From assembly GCA_035289905.1 (NCBI GenBank), contig DATDVT010000045.1:132-64131 (forward strand): a DNA stretch of 64,000 nucleotides, written 5' to 3'. The position numbers and the translations under genes were made by a program. The notes under the pieces were generated by a model. That model saw only the letters and a list, made by a program, of their open reading frames with translations. It had not been told where the DNA came from and made no database searches. How positions within the stretch are numbered: the stretch's first letter is position 1; every line of letters begins with the position of its first letter. Of this stretch, positions 17,873 through 28,660 are shown piece by piece. Source of the DNA: Candidatus Nanoarchaeia archaeon (GTDB lineage: Archaea; Nanobdellota; Nanobdellia; SCGC-AAA011-G17; GW2011-AR18).

Positions 17873-19567
17873 TTAAAGATTACTGGCCTCTAGATTTTTC
17901 AATTGATCCTCGGTAATATTATATAAAAAAATAGAGTTTCCAAAATTAACATCTGGTTCAAAATTATCCCTCAACCATTTAAAATTATCCCTATCCTTTT
18001 TATAAAACCCCTCTAAAGTATTCGCATCTAAAACTATAATTCCGCTTTGATGTATTCCTCCTTGCAATTCTTGATAACTAAAATTTAGATTTTTAAGATT
18101 AAAGTTATATACTGACAAATTTACCTTTGCATTTTGAATATTATTCTCATTCAAATAATCCACCATTCGATTAACATCTTGATTTAAATCACAATCAGGT
18201 CCTATAAAAAACTTGTGACTGCTTTCAGGTTCAATTACTTGATTAAAATAACAAACATAATCAGGATAAACAACTAAAGATTCTACAATAAATAAAAACA
18301 ATAACCCTAAAATTATCCACTTAAGGTATTTATTCAAAAAGAATCCAACTAAACCTCCAGCCAAAACAAACAATAAAGGTAAAATAGGCAAAAAATATAT
18401 AAATCCCCCATAAATACGACTAAAAATAAAAGAGAGAACATAAATTAAAGCAAAGATTAAAATAAAATAAACGTTCATTTTATTTTTTTTATCATACTTA
18501 ATTAAGAATAAAGAAAGAAAGAAAATTATTAAAAAAGAGATAGGGTTCTTAACTAAAAACACAAAGATGTACTGAAGAGATTTCAAACCACTAGAATAAC
18601 TCCCATTAAAATAAGAATTAAAACCTGTATCAAGATAATTATTAAAAGTATAAAAACTTTGTAAAAAATGGGGGGCTGGAACTGGAACTTCTGTCAAAAC
18701 AAAATAAATTTTATCTTTAAAAGGAATATCTCCTAAGATAAGATTTAATCGTTCAGGAGACCTAGCATAACCTGCATTTGTATAAATAGGATCATCAAGA
18801 TTATAAATTGGGTGAATCTCATTCAAATTTACAAAAATAAAAACAAAAAATCCAATTAAAGAAATCATAAATAGGATATAAATAACTTTTTTTAAAGGTA
18901 TATATTGTAAACGATTTTTATAATAAATAAATAAATTAAAAATAAAAAAAGAAAATAATAAAACAACAGAAGTTGGCTTAATTAATACTGCTAAACCAAA
19001 AAAAATACCTGATAAAACTAAATACTTTCTACAAGGCTTAAGATAATACTTCCAATAAAAATAAGCAGCAATAAAAAAGAAAGTAGCTAATAAAATATCA
19101 AAAGTCATAAGATCAGTATATGCTAAAATTGCAGGATGAAGAGTATATAGAATTAATGAAATAATTGCACCCTTAAATCCAAAGAGTTCTTTAGACCAAA
19201 TATAAACAAATAACCCTAGTAATGTTGCAAAAAAGAGTAAAACAATTCTTCCAGAAAAAACCATAGAGTTAGCATCATTAGCACCATAGTGCAAAAAAGT
19301 CTCTCTTCCAAAATCCTTGGGACTATTAAATTCATTATATTGAGGATAATCAATATCCATAAACAACAAAGGAAAAGATACTAATGCAAAAGAAAGAATT
19401 GGATGAATATTTGAATTGAAAGAATTCCCATATTTCAGATAAGAATAACCTAAAAACAAAAACTCTCCTTCATGATAGTATAAAGATCTTGTCTGAAGCG
19501 AAGGTAGAATCATATTTAAAAAAATTATCACAAAGATAAACAAAACAAAAAAGTCTTTTTTGTCCAT
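17873..19567 (-). CDS. GT-C (ArnT/PMT-like) membrane glycosyltransferase
   Basis: Multi-TM; acidic HEGE loop after TM1, HP motif, HPAILAY..L.TFD, GLAVLIKPT. Confidence 0.75.
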   Translation of the reverse strand: MDKKDFFVLFIFVIIFLNMILPSLQTRSLYYHEGEFLFLGYSYLKYGNSFNSNIHPILSFALVSFPLLFMDIDYPQYNEFNSPKDFGRETFLHYGANDANSMVFSGRIVLLFFATLLGLFVYIWSKELFGFKGAIISLILYTLHPAILAYTDLMTFDILLATFFFIAAYFYWKYYLKPCRKYLVLSGIFFGLAVLIKPTSVVLLFSFFIFNLFIYYKNRLQYIPLKKVIYILFMISLIGFFVFIFVNLNEIHPIYNLDDPIYTNAGYARSPERLNLILGDIPFKDKIYFVLTEVPVPAPHFLQSFYTFNNYLDTGFNSYFNGSYSSGLKSLQYIFVFLVKNPISFLIIFFLSLFLIKYDKKNKMNVYFILIFALIYVLSFIFSRIYGGFIYFLPILPLLFVLAGGLVGFFLNKYLKWIILGLLFLFIVESLVVYPDYVCYFNQVIEPESSHKFFIGPDCDLNQDVNRMVDYLNENNIQNAKVNLSVYNFNLKNLNFSYQELQGGIHQSGIIVLDANTLEGFYKKDRDNFKWLRDNFEPDVNFGNSIFLYNITEDQLKNLEASNL

Positions 19568-19613
19568 AAAAAGAACGAGAAGGATTTATATATAATACTT
19601 GCCTCACAAAAAA

Positions 19614-20672
19614 ATGATTAAAACAGTATATAATTTGCTCTTTTCAAAGAAAGAACCGTTTAGCATAGTCCACTTTATAACGAATAAATGTAATGCCCAC
19701 TGCCTTCATTGTTTTCTAAATCTTGATAATCCAGAAATATATAAAGATGAATTAACCCTTGAAGAAATTAAAAAATTGAGTAAAACATTCGGCAACTCCT
19801 TATTTAATATTAATTTAACGGGTGGAGAACCATTTCTAAGAGAAGATATAAACGAAATAACAATAACTTACTTAAAAAATACAACTATTCAATCATTATT
19901 TATTAGCACAAATGGATATTTTACAGGAAAAATAAAAGAGTTAATAGATAGATTTTTACAAGAAAAAATAAATAAAAAATTAATATTTTCAATATCCATA
20001 GACAATTTTGAAGAAGAACATGATAATCTAAGAAAGGTAAAGGGATTATTCAAAAATGCAATACAAAGCTATAAACTAATAAATTCTTATAAAGATAAAA
20101 ACATAATTGCCAATATTGGAATCACAATCACAGATAAAAATTATAATAATGTAATTCCTTTATATAGCTATCTAAAAGAACAAGAAATAAAAGCAATAAC
20201 CACTACAATTATGCGAAAGGAGGGTAGAATTAAAAAAATAGAGAATAAAGAAGCAATTCTTGAATCTTACAAAAAATTATCAAAATTAATAAAAAAAGAT
20301 GCCGATGAAGGTTTTGGAAAAACATTACAAGGAAGGTTAATGAATGCAAAAAATATAATAGCTAATGATATAATAAAAGATATCTATCTAAATAATCAAT
20401 TTAAAGCACCATGCATTGCTGGTTCATTATTCGGAGTAATTTATGCAAATGGAGATATTTATCCTTGTGAAATTTTAAACAGAAACTCAGGTAATTTAAG
20501 AGAATACAACTTAAACTTCTTAGAATTATGGAAAGAAAAAAAGAATAAAGAACTTAAGAAATTTATAAAAACCAGCAAATGTTCCTGCACATATGAATGT
20601 ACATGGTCAATAAACATAATATCAAACCCAAAATTCATCCTGAAACTATTAATGGAATTAATAAAAAAGTAG
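19614..20672 (+). CDS. Radical SAM protein with SPASM/Twitch C-terminus
   Basis: TNKCNAHCLHC, LTGGEPFLR, STNG, SISID; C(x12)GDIYPC...GNL...CSCTYEC. Confidence 0.88.
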   Translation: MIKTVYNLLFSKKEPFSIVHFITNKCNAHCLHCFLNLDNPEIYKDELTLEEIKKLSKTFGNSLFNINLTGGEPFLREDINEITITYLKNTTIQSLFISTNGYFTGKIKELIDRFLQEKINKKLIFSISIDNFEEEHDNLRKVKGLFKNAIQSYKLINSYKDKNIIANIGITITDKNYNNVIPLYSYLKEQEIKAITTTIMRKEGRIKKIENKEAILESYKKLSKLIKKDADEGFGKTLQGRLMNAKNIIANDIIKDIYLNNQFKAPCIAGSLFGVIYANGDIYPCEILNRNSGNLREYNLNFLELWKEKKNKELKKFIKTSKCSCTYECTWSINIISNPKFILKLLMELIKK

Positions 20673-21661
20673 TAATAATAATTCCTTTCTCAATATTAAA
20701 TAAATTTGTTTTAGAATCTATAAGGGGTTGTTTAAATTTAAATTACCAAAATTATATCATAGTTTTAGGCCCAGACAAAGAAATCAACCTTCCTCAAGAA
20801 ATAAATAAAGAAAAAATAAAAATAGTTTCGACAGGAGATTTTACAATTGCAAAAAAAAGAAATATTTTAATCAATTCAGAAGAAGCGGATTATTATGCCT
20901 TTATTGATTCAGATGCATTTCCAAAAAAAGAATGGTTATCTTCAGGAATAAATAAATTTTCAGAAAAAATAGGCGCGATTGGTGGTCCGAATATTTGTCC
21001 ACCAAAAGAAAAAGTCAAAGAAAAAGCAGTAGGCAACTCATTAAAATCTTTTCTAGTTTCAGGAACTAAATCCTTTAGAAAGAAAATATCAAAAAGTCAT
21101 TATTGTACTGATTTACCCACTTGTAATCTAATTGTAAAAAAAGAAACTATTAAAAAATTAAATGGATTTAATGAAAAATTAATAACTGGAGAAGATATAG
21201 ACTTATGTAATAGAATAATTAAAAATAAAGAAAAGATTTATTTTAACAAAGAAACAATTGTTTTTCATCATAATCGCACATTATTCAAACCATATTTTTT
21301 TCAAAGAGTGACTTATGGTTTGTCTATATTCAGACTATTTAAAAAAGACCCCAGAATAAGTAACTTATACTACTTTACGCCTCTTCTCATGTTATTCTTC
21401 ATAATCTTTGGATTAATATTTAGTTTTATAAATACAACAATCAGAAATATTTGGTTATCTATTTTAATAATATATCTTATAATTAGTTTAATAGAAGCAG
21501 TTAGATATTCATCAAAAATATCTGAAATACCTCACACATTATTAGCATTGATTATAGGTAATCTAGCTCCAGGAATAGGTTCATTAATGATCTTATTGAA
21601 TATCAAAATTAATGTTAAAGAAATATACAAAAACTTTCAAAAGGAAGATAAACTTAAATAG
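20597..21661 (+). CDS. Glycosyltransferase family 2 with C-terminal TM helices (start uncertain)
   Basis: IAKKRN, FIDSDAF (DxD), IGGP, LPTCNL, GFNE....GEDIDLC. Confidence 0.85.
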   Translation: MYMVNKHNIKPKIHPETINGINKKVVIIIPFSILNKFVLESIRGCLNLNYQNYIIVLGPDKEINLPQEINKEKIKIVSTGDFTIAKKRNILINSEEADYYAFIDSDAFPKKEWLSSGINKFSEKIGAIGGPNICPPKEKVKEKAVGNSLKSFLVSGTKSFRKKISKSHYCTDLPTCNLIVKKETIKKLNGFNEKLITGEDIDLCNRIIKNKEKIYFNKETIVFHHNRTLFKPYFFQRVTYGLSIFRLFKKDPRISNLYYFTPLLMLFFIIFGLIFSFINTTIRNIWLSILIIYLIISLIEAVRYSSKISEIPHTLLALIIGNLAPGIGSLMILLNIKINVKEIYKNFQKEDKLK

Positions 21662-21681
21662 AAAAAATAAATCAAGAGAAC

Positions 21682-23091
21682 ATGAAAATTTGCATAATCT
21701 ATCTAAAATATTCAGAAGAAGCTCCGAAAAATCAACCCTCTGTAAAAGTAGTAGCTCAAAACTATGGAATTTATCCTTCGGTTACTTTGGGTTATGTAGC
21801 TGCAATAGCTGAAAAAGCAGGTCATAATGTTAAATTTATAGATGCGAATGCCCTTAATTTATCTAATCAAGATGTTATAAAAGAAATAAATTTATTTAAA
21901 CCAAATATTTTAGCTTTCACGATTACGACATATTTATTTCATCAAACAATTGAAGCAATCAGAGAAATTAAACAAAAAACAAACACACCTGTCTTAGTTG
22001 GAGGAGTACATGTAAGTCTTTATCCAAAAGAAACCTTAACTTATAAAGAAATAGATTATGCTCTTATAGGAGAAGCTGAAACATGCCTTCCTGAATTCTT
22101 AGAAGCATTAGAAAAAAATCAAGATTTCTCAAAGGTAAAATCTTTATGTTACAAAGAAAATAATGAAATAAAAATTAATGAATTATCTATTCAAGAAATG
22201 GATATAAATAAGGTTCTGTTTCCAGCTAGACATTTGTTTCCAAATGAAAAATATTACTCGTTTATTTCTCAAAGAAAAAATTTTACAGGAATGATAACTA
22301 GTAGAGGTTGCCCATTTAGATGTATATATTGTGAACAAGGAAGCAAAAAATTTAGATTTGCTGATGCTAAAAGAGTAGTTGAAGAATTCACTGAATGTTA
22401 TAATAACTATAAAATAAGAGAAATAGATATATTTGATTCTTCATTTACAGTTAAAAAAGATAGAGTATTAGACATCTGTAAAGAATTAATTTCGAATAAA
22501 ATAGATATCTCTTGGTCAATTCGTTCTAGAGTAGATTGTATAGATAAAGAAATGCTTAAAGAATTAAAGAAAGCAGGATGTATGAGGGTCTATTATGGAA
22601 TAGAATCTGGTGTCCCAAGAATTTTAGAAACTTTAAGAAAAGAAACAAATATTCAAAGAATAGAAGAAACTATAAAAGAAACTAAAATGGCTGGAATAAA
22701 TACCTTTGGCTACTTTATGCTAGGTTGTCCAGGAGATACTACTGAAACTATTAAAAAAACAATTGAATTTGCAAAAAAATTAAAATTAGATTATGCACAA
22801 TTCTCAAAAGTTAGTCCTCTACCAGGTACTGAATTATATGATAAACTACTTAAACCAAAATTAAAAGAAGATTATTGGTCTAAATATATTCTTAATAAGA
22901 ACTATGAATATAATCTACCAAGACCAGATTGTAATTTATCTGAAGAGGAGATACAAAAGTTAGTAGAAACAGCATATAAAGAATTCTACTTTCGTCCAAA
23001 ATACATAACAAAAGCAATACTGAGGATTAAATCATTCAATGAATTAAAAAGATCTACTAAAGCAGTATTTGAAATGTTAACTAAATTTTGA
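21682..23091 (+). CDS. Cobalamin-binding radical SAM protein
   Basis: GGVHVS, GEAE, TSRGCPFRCIYC, FDSSF, YGIESG, FMLGCPGDT, SPLPGT. Confidence 0.9.
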   Translation: MKICIIYLKYSEEAPKNQPSVKVVAQNYGIYPSVTLGYVAAIAEKAGHNVKFIDANALNLSNQDVIKEINLFKPNILAFTITTYLFHQTIEAIREIKQKTNTPVLVGGVHVSLYPKETLTYKEIDYALIGEAETCLPEFLEALEKNQDFSKVKSLCYKENNEIKINELSIQEMDINKVLFPARHLFPNEKYYSFISQRKNFTGMITSRGCPFRCIYCEQGSKKFRFADAKRVVEEFTECYNNYKIREIDIFDSSFTVKKDRVLDICKELISNKIDISWSIRSRVDCIDKEMLKELKKAGCMRVYYGIESGVPRILETLRKETNIQRIEETIKETKMAGINTFGYFMLGCPGDTTETIKKTIEFAKKLKLDYAQFSKVSPLPGTELYDKLLKPKLKEDYWSKYILNKNYEYNLPRPDCNLSEEEIQKLVETAYKEFYFRPKYITKAILRIKSFNELKRSTKAVFEMLTKF

Positions 23092-24516
23092 TTTAAATAA
23101 AGCCCAACCTCCAACCAAATACACTTTAAATCTATCAAATGAATTAAGATTCTTTAACTGATTAAAAATAAACTTTCTTCTAAAATAAAAGCTTCGCATA
23201 GCATATTTTTGTAAATATTTTAAATCTTCTTGAGTTCTTCCTTCAGGAACATAAACTAAATCCTTATTAGACCATCCAGCCCAAGTTTGATAATCTTCCC
23301 ATTTATAAGAGATTAAAGAAGGATCAGATTTTGACAATTCAAACAACTTTGTTCCAGGATAAGGAACTGTTATTGTGAATTGTACCCAATCAGGATTTAA
23401 CTCTTTAGAGAATTCAATAGTCTTTAAACTTTCTTCTCTAGTTTCAGTAGGCAAGCCCAACATAAAAAATGCTTTAATTTCAATACCTACTTCTTTTGTC
23501 CATATAAATGCATTCTTAATCTGTTCAATTGTTATGCTTTTATCAATTAAATCTAATAATCTTTGATTACCACTTTCTACACCATAATGAATACTCCAAC
23601 AACCTGCTTCTTTCATTGTTTTTAATAGTTCTAAATCTACTAAATTAACTCTAGTCATACAGCTCCATTCCATTCTTTTATTAAGCCCGTCTTCTTTTAT
23701 TTTTTTACATAAATCAAAAACAAAAGATCTATTTATAGTAAAGGTATCATCTCTAAAAATAATATCTTTAGCTCCATATTCATCTAAAAGAATCTTAATT
23801 TCATTGATCACCCTTTCAATAGAATGGGCCCTATATTTAGTACCTGAGATTTTAGAACAAAAAGCACATCTAAATGGACAACCCCTAGAAGCCAAGATTA
23901 AATAACTTGGTAATTTTTTAAAATATGTAGGTGCTGGTCTATATTTTTCCATAGGCAATAAATCCCGAGCAGGATATGGTATTTCATCTAAATTTTGAAT
24001 AAATTCTTGTTTAGGATTTATTATTATTCTTTCGTCTTTTCTAAAAACTAATCCTTTAATTTCTGATAAATCTAAATTATTTTCTAAATAATTTAAAAGA
24101 TTAACAAAAGAAATTTCAGCCTCACCATATAAAAGAAAATTAGCCTCTGGACAATCCTTTAAACAGGAAGTAAAAAATACTGTTGGATGAGGACCACCAA
24201 TAACAATTTTAACTTGTTCATTCAAGGTTTTTCTAACAATCTTCATTGTTTCTTTAGTTCTTAAATACATAGGAGTCAACATTGAAATACCGACTAAATC
24301 AGGCTTAAAATCATTTAAATAATTAATCAAATCTTCTTGAGAATAATTTAACGCAGCCATATCTAAGATTTTAATAATATCTTCTTTTCTTTTTTCTCTA
24401 ACTACTGCGGCCAAATACGCTAGACCCATAGGTTCACATACTGGACCAACCCTGCCTAAAGAGGTGCCATATCTATCACTTACAGATAAACATGGTTGTA
24501 TTAATAAAATTTTCAT
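23077..24516 (-). CDS. Cobalamin-binding radical SAM protein
   Basis: PMGLAYLAA, GGPHPT, GEAE, SRGCPFRCAFC, FRDDTF, YGVESG, FMLGLPTET, VPYPGT. Confidence 0.9.
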   Translation of the reverse strand: MKILLIQPCLSVSDRYGTSLGRVGPVCEPMGLAYLAAVVREKRKEDIIKILDMAALNYSQEDLINYLNDFKPDLVGISMLTPMYLRTKETMKIVRKTLNEQVKIVIGGPHPTVFFTSCLKDCPEANFLLYGEAEISFVNLLNYLENNLDLSEIKGLVFRKDERIIINPKQEFIQNLDEIPYPARDLLPMEKYRPAPTYFKKLPSYLILASRGCPFRCAFCSKISGTKYRAHSIERVINEIKILLDEYGAKDIIFRDDTFTINRSFVFDLCKKIKEDGLNKRMEWSCMTRVNLVDLELLKTMKEAGCWSIHYGVESGNQRLLDLIDKSITIEQIKNAFIWTKEVGIEIKAFFMLGLPTETREESLKTIEFSKELNPDWVQFTITVPYPGTKLFELSKSDPSLISYKWEDYQTWAGWSNKDLVYVPEGRTQEDLKYLQKYAMRSFYFRRKFIFNQLKNLNSFDRFKVYLVGGWALFKSKFS

Positions 24517-25398
24517 CTAAAATCTCCTCATATCAGCTAAAAATCCAAACAAAATTACCTGAACTCCAATAAGTATCAATAAAACTGCCAAAATAGTCAA
24601 AGGAATATGCCCAACAACATCATATTTTAAAAAAGAATAAACTAAATAAAATCCGATTAATGAACCAATAGAAAAAAAGAACAATCCTATTCTCCCAAAA
24701 AATTTCATAGGATCAAAATCCCTATAAATTCTAAATATATTAATCCAAGCTCTGAAGGCATATGTAAAGGAATTTTTAAATAATCTGCTTTCTCTAGTTT
24801 TATTTGTTTTTATTGGAATCTCAGCTATTCGCATATTATTTTTTCCAGCCCTAATTAATTGCTCTTGTGTATAAGTAAAATTATTAATCAAGGGTAACTT
24901 AGCTACCTCTCTCGTAAAAGCTCTAAATCCAGTCGTTGTATCTGTAATCTTAATACCTAGAATGTTAGAGAACACTTTTGCAAAAGCAATATTTCCCCAT
25001 CGCTTCATAAAAGAACCCTCATAAACTCCATGTTCAAATCTAGAACCTAAAACTAAATCATAACCCTCTTCAATTTTTTTTAGTAATTTTAAAATGTCCG
25101 CGGCTTTATATTGACCATCTGCATCTGTATGCACTATAATATCAGCCCTAAGCTCTAAACATTTTTTCATCTCAAATTTAAATGTCTCTGCTAACCCTTT
25201 TCTTCTATCATGCGAAAAAACAATAGCACCTATTTCTCTAGCTATTTTCGCAGTATTATCCTCACTTCCATCATTCACAACTAAAATACTATAGTCATAA
25301 GAACCCATAATTTCTTTTATCTCCTTAATCACTTCACCTAATGTTTTTTCTTCATTATACGCTGGAATACTAATAATTACTTTCACAATTAAAACCAA
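24517..25398 (-). CDS. GT2 polyprenol-phosphate glycosyltransferase (DPM1-like) with C-terminal TMs
   Basis: IPAYNEE, VNDGSED, TDADGQY, GSRF, DTTTGFRA. Confidence 0.88.
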   Translation of the reverse strand: MVLIVKVIISIPAYNEEKTLGEVIKEIKEIMGSYDYSILVVNDGSEDNTAKIAREIGAIVFSHDRRKGLAETFKFEMKKCLELRADIIVHTDADGQYKAADILKLLKKIEEGYDLVLGSRFEHGVYEGSFMKRWGNIAFAKVFSNILGIKITDTTTGFRAFTREVAKLPLINNFTYTQEQLIRAGKNNMRIAEIPIKTNKTRESRLFKNSFTYAFRAWINIFRIYRDFDPMKFFGRIGLFFFSIGSLIGFYLVYSFLKYDVVGHIPLTILAVLLILIGVQVILFGFLADMRRF

Positions 25399-25487
25399 AT
25401 AACTAAATTTATATAAGTTTTTGTAGCAGTATAAAAGATAGTTTAGAATAGAATATAGGATTTAAAAGAAAAAAATACAAAAATATA

Positions 25488-27095
25488 ATGATAAAAAAAA
25501 TAAATATAATCTTCATACTATTAATCATAACAAAAATGATACTATCATTTAGTGTACTGCCTGTTTTAGGTTTTGCAGATTCTTTAAACTATATTAACGA
25601 AGCTAAAGCATTTCATGACACAAATAGCCTTTCAGAAGTCGCTAAAGCAGGAATTTATCCTCCAATCTATTCAATCATTATCTCTCCTGCTTTCATATTT
25701 AAAGATATGGAGAAAGTGCATTTCTCAATTAAAGTAATTAATGCTATTATATCCTCATCAATTATATTCCCTATCTTCTTCCTAGCGAATAGATTTTTCA
25801 GCAAAAAAAAAAGTCTAATTATAGCAACAATAACAGCATTAGTACCCCCTATATTCGCAGTTAGTTCGTATACAATGAGTGAAAACATATTTTTTCCACT
25901 TTTCATAACTACTCTCTATATAATCTATCTAACAATTAAAGAAAAACAACAAAAACTCTATATTCTTTCTGGGATACTAATTGGATTATGTTACTTGACA
26001 AGAGCTATATCTATATTTCTAATTCTAGTTATCATTATTATATTTTTATTAAACAAAACTAAAATAAAGAATATAATCACTTCAATATCAGCAAGTTTAA
26101 TAACAATTTTACCATGGATATATACCAAAATAAAAATTTATGGATTCAGCCTACAAGGAATTCTAGGGAATAATTATTCATCCTTTGCAATACAATCTCA
26201 ATCTAATATAATACAAAAATTAATATGGGTTATATTCTACACTGATTACTTAATTTTATCAACTGGAATAATATTCTTTATTCTCACAATTTCGTTAATA
26301 TCTAACTATAAAAACATAAATACAAAAATACTCTTCCAACTGACATTGCTTTCTACCATTTTTTCAATAATTTTAGCAAGCAACTTAAGTGGAGCATATC
26401 CCAATTATGAAGAAGGAAGGCTTATTGGTCGATACATAGAACCAATAATTCCAATGTTTATCTTACTTGGATTTATTTCTCTTAAAAAAAGTAAAAAAAT
26501 TACAATATTTACTTTAATCTTTCTAAATGCAATCACTCCATTAATCCTATTTAACAAATTTTTCCCAGTTAACAATATGTCATTAGTCTCTCTTGGTACC
26601 CTAGCATATCTATCAAATTCAACAATTCTTATTGCAATTATAATTATAGTTACAACTATTTTAATTTTAAAAATTAAAGAATATAACTTCAAAAAAATTG
26701 CATATTTCTTTATAATTTACTTCATAATAATAAGTTTATTAAACTCGACAGTAATAATTTATGACTCCAAATTTAAATGGGAAGCAGAAGAGGGTATAGA
26801 ATTAGGAATTTGGATAAATGATAACTTACCCAAAAATAATAAAATTCTAATTGATAAAGATGAACCAAATAAATTTACAGATAAAACTGAAGAAAAAATA
26901 ACAGATTTAGAAAAAAGATCGATTCATACCTTAGAATATTGGATTAGATTTAAATATAAAATTGGTCCAATAGAAAAGTATCCATATTATGAATATATTA
27001 TTACCAAAAAAGACCTTCCTTTAAAAATAATTAAAGAAGGAAAAGAAGGAACTAAAATATATTATAATATAGAGTATTCATACAATAAATATTAA
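25488..27095 (+). CDS. GT-C (PMT/ArnT-like) membrane glycosyltransferase
   Basis: Multi-TM; DSLNY...A, YPPIYS, MSENIFFP, GLCYLTR, RYIEP. Confidence 0.75.
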   Translation: MIKKINIIFILLIITKMILSFSVLPVLGFADSLNYINEAKAFHDTNSLSEVAKAGIYPPIYSIIISPAFIFKDMEKVHFSIKVINAIISSSIIFPIFFLANRFFSKKKSLIIATITALVPPIFAVSSYTMSENIFFPLFITTLYIIYLTIKEKQQKLYILSGILIGLCYLTRAISIFLILVIIIIFLLNKTKIKNIITSISASLITILPWIYTKIKIYGFSLQGILGNNYSSFAIQSQSNIIQKLIWVIFYTDYLILSTGIIFFILTISLISNYKNINTKILFQLTLLSTIFSIILASNLSGAYPNYEEGRLIGRYIEPIIPMFILLGFISLKKSKKITIFTLIFLNAITPLILFNKFFPVNNMSLVSLGTLAYLSNSTILIAIIIIVTTILILKIKEYNFKKIAYFFIIYFIIISLLNSTVIIYDSKFKWEAEEGIELGIWINDNLPKNNKILIDKDEPNKFTDKTEEKITDLEKRSIHTLEYWIRFKYKIGPIEKYPYYEYIITKKDLPLKIIKEGKEGTKIYYNIEYSYNKY

Positions 27096-27139
27096 ACAAA
27101 TGCAAATCTTTTTAAGTTATTTAAAAAGTAAAATCAATA

Positions 27140-28660
27140 ATGAATCTAAATCTCATAAAAGAAAAAACAAAACTTTGGTTAAATAAAAAAGAAAATATTC
27201 TTTTATTAATAATAATCGTTTTAGCATTCTTAATCAGATTAAAATATATGACTATAAACTCTGCGGTTTGGTGGGATGAAGCAGACTATCTTTCAGCAGC
27301 AAAAAGATGGGGGGGATTAAGTTATTTAAATGATATCTGGTATTATAGAAGAACTCCCTTATTACCTTTGTTTTGGGCAGGACTATATAAACTGGGTGCA
27401 ACTGAAATAACACTAAGATTTACAGAAGTTATATTCTCAACATTATTTGTATTTGGAATTTATTTACTGGCAAAAGAAATATTCAATAATAAATACGTAG
27501 GTCTTATTGCTGCTTCGTGTGCAATATTCAATAGAATCCATTTATTTTTAACGACTAGACTTATGAATGAAGTACCAGCTACGCCATTTTTAGTCTTTGG
27601 ATTATATTTTTTCTGGAAAGGTTATATAAAAGAAGAAAAAGCAAAATATATGTACCTTGCAACATTCATGCTATCAATTTCAATTATGACAAGAATGGCT
27701 ACTTCTTTAGTTCTTGTACCTATAGGGGTCTATGTTTTATCAAAAGAAAGATTAAACATCATAAAAAACAAAAAAGTGTGGATTTGTTTACTGATGATTC
27801 TTTTAACAATGACTCCTTTTATCTATCTTCACTACAAACATATTGGAGGATTAACTAATTTTATAAAACATTATACCATAACTGAAGATAGTACAGAAAT
27901 TGTAATCCCATCAATCTATCTTGGTTATAAAGGGATTTCTATTTATTTTATGTCTTATTTGCAAAATTTAGGAATTATTTTCTTTATAATTTTCATAATA
28001 GCAATTGGTTACTATTTTTATCCTTTAATCTTAGCCCCAGATTTACTAATTAAAAAAGAAAACAATGAGATCAAAGAAAAACTTCTAGTGGCTTTAATAA
28101 TTTTAGTTCCATTAATTTATCATGGTATCTTTAGTGAATATTTAGAAGAAAGATATCTTCTGTGGTCTTATCCTATAGTTTATGCATTAATAGCATGGAT
28201 CCTATTCAAAATATATACTCCTTTAACAAAATACGGAAAAAATATTGCAATAACTCTCATAATTGTTATTATAATAACTAACAGCTATCTTGTATATCAG
28301 AGTACTGAAGAAATTATAAATTATAAAAAAGATAGTTATTACGAAGAGAGACAAGCTGCAGAATTTGTAAAAAGTATTTCAACAAAAGAAGACTTAATCT
28401 ACACAAATCCAGTTCCCAAGATAGTATATTATTCAGAAAGAAAAACATTAAATTTTAATAGCGCGGGTAGTGCAGAAAATATTAAAGAATCAGCTAAAAA
28501 AAATAATGCTAAATACTTAATATTCTCTCTTATAGAACAATCAAGCCCATGGGCTAAAGAAATGATAACTTATCCTCCTGAATGGTTAAAACTAATTAAA
28601 GTCTTTCCTTCAGAACAAAATCCTGTAGTTTTCGTATTTGAGATACAAAAAGATGTCTAA
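27140..28660 (+). CDS. GT-C (GT39/PMT-like) membrane glycosyltransferase
   Basis: WWDEADY acidic loop after TM1, RTPLLP, RLMNEVP, ERYLL; multi-TM. Confidence 0.8.
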   Translation: MNLNLIKEKTKLWLNKKENILLLIIIVLAFLIRLKYMTINSAVWWDEADYLSAAKRWGGLSYLNDIWYYRRTPLLPLFWAGLYKLGATEITLRFTEVIFSTLFVFGIYLLAKEIFNNKYVGLIAASCAIFNRIHLFLTTRLMNEVPATPFLVFGLYFFWKGYIKEEKAKYMYLATFMLSISIMTRMATSLVLVPIGVYVLSKERLNIIKNKKVWICLLMILLTMTPFIYLHYKHIGGLTNFIKHYTITEDSTEIVIPSIYLGYKGISIYFMSYLQNLGIIFFIIFIIAIGYYFYPLILAPDLLIKKENNEIKEKLLVALIILVPLIYHGIFSEYLEERYLLWSYPIVYALIAWILFKIYTPLTKYGKNIAITLIIVIIITNSYLVYQSTEEIINYKKDSYYEERQAAEFVKSISTKEDLIYTNPVPKIVYYSERKTLNFNSAGSAENIKESAKKNNAKYLIFSLIEQSSPWAKEMITYPPEWLKLIKVFPSEQNPVVFVFEIQKDV

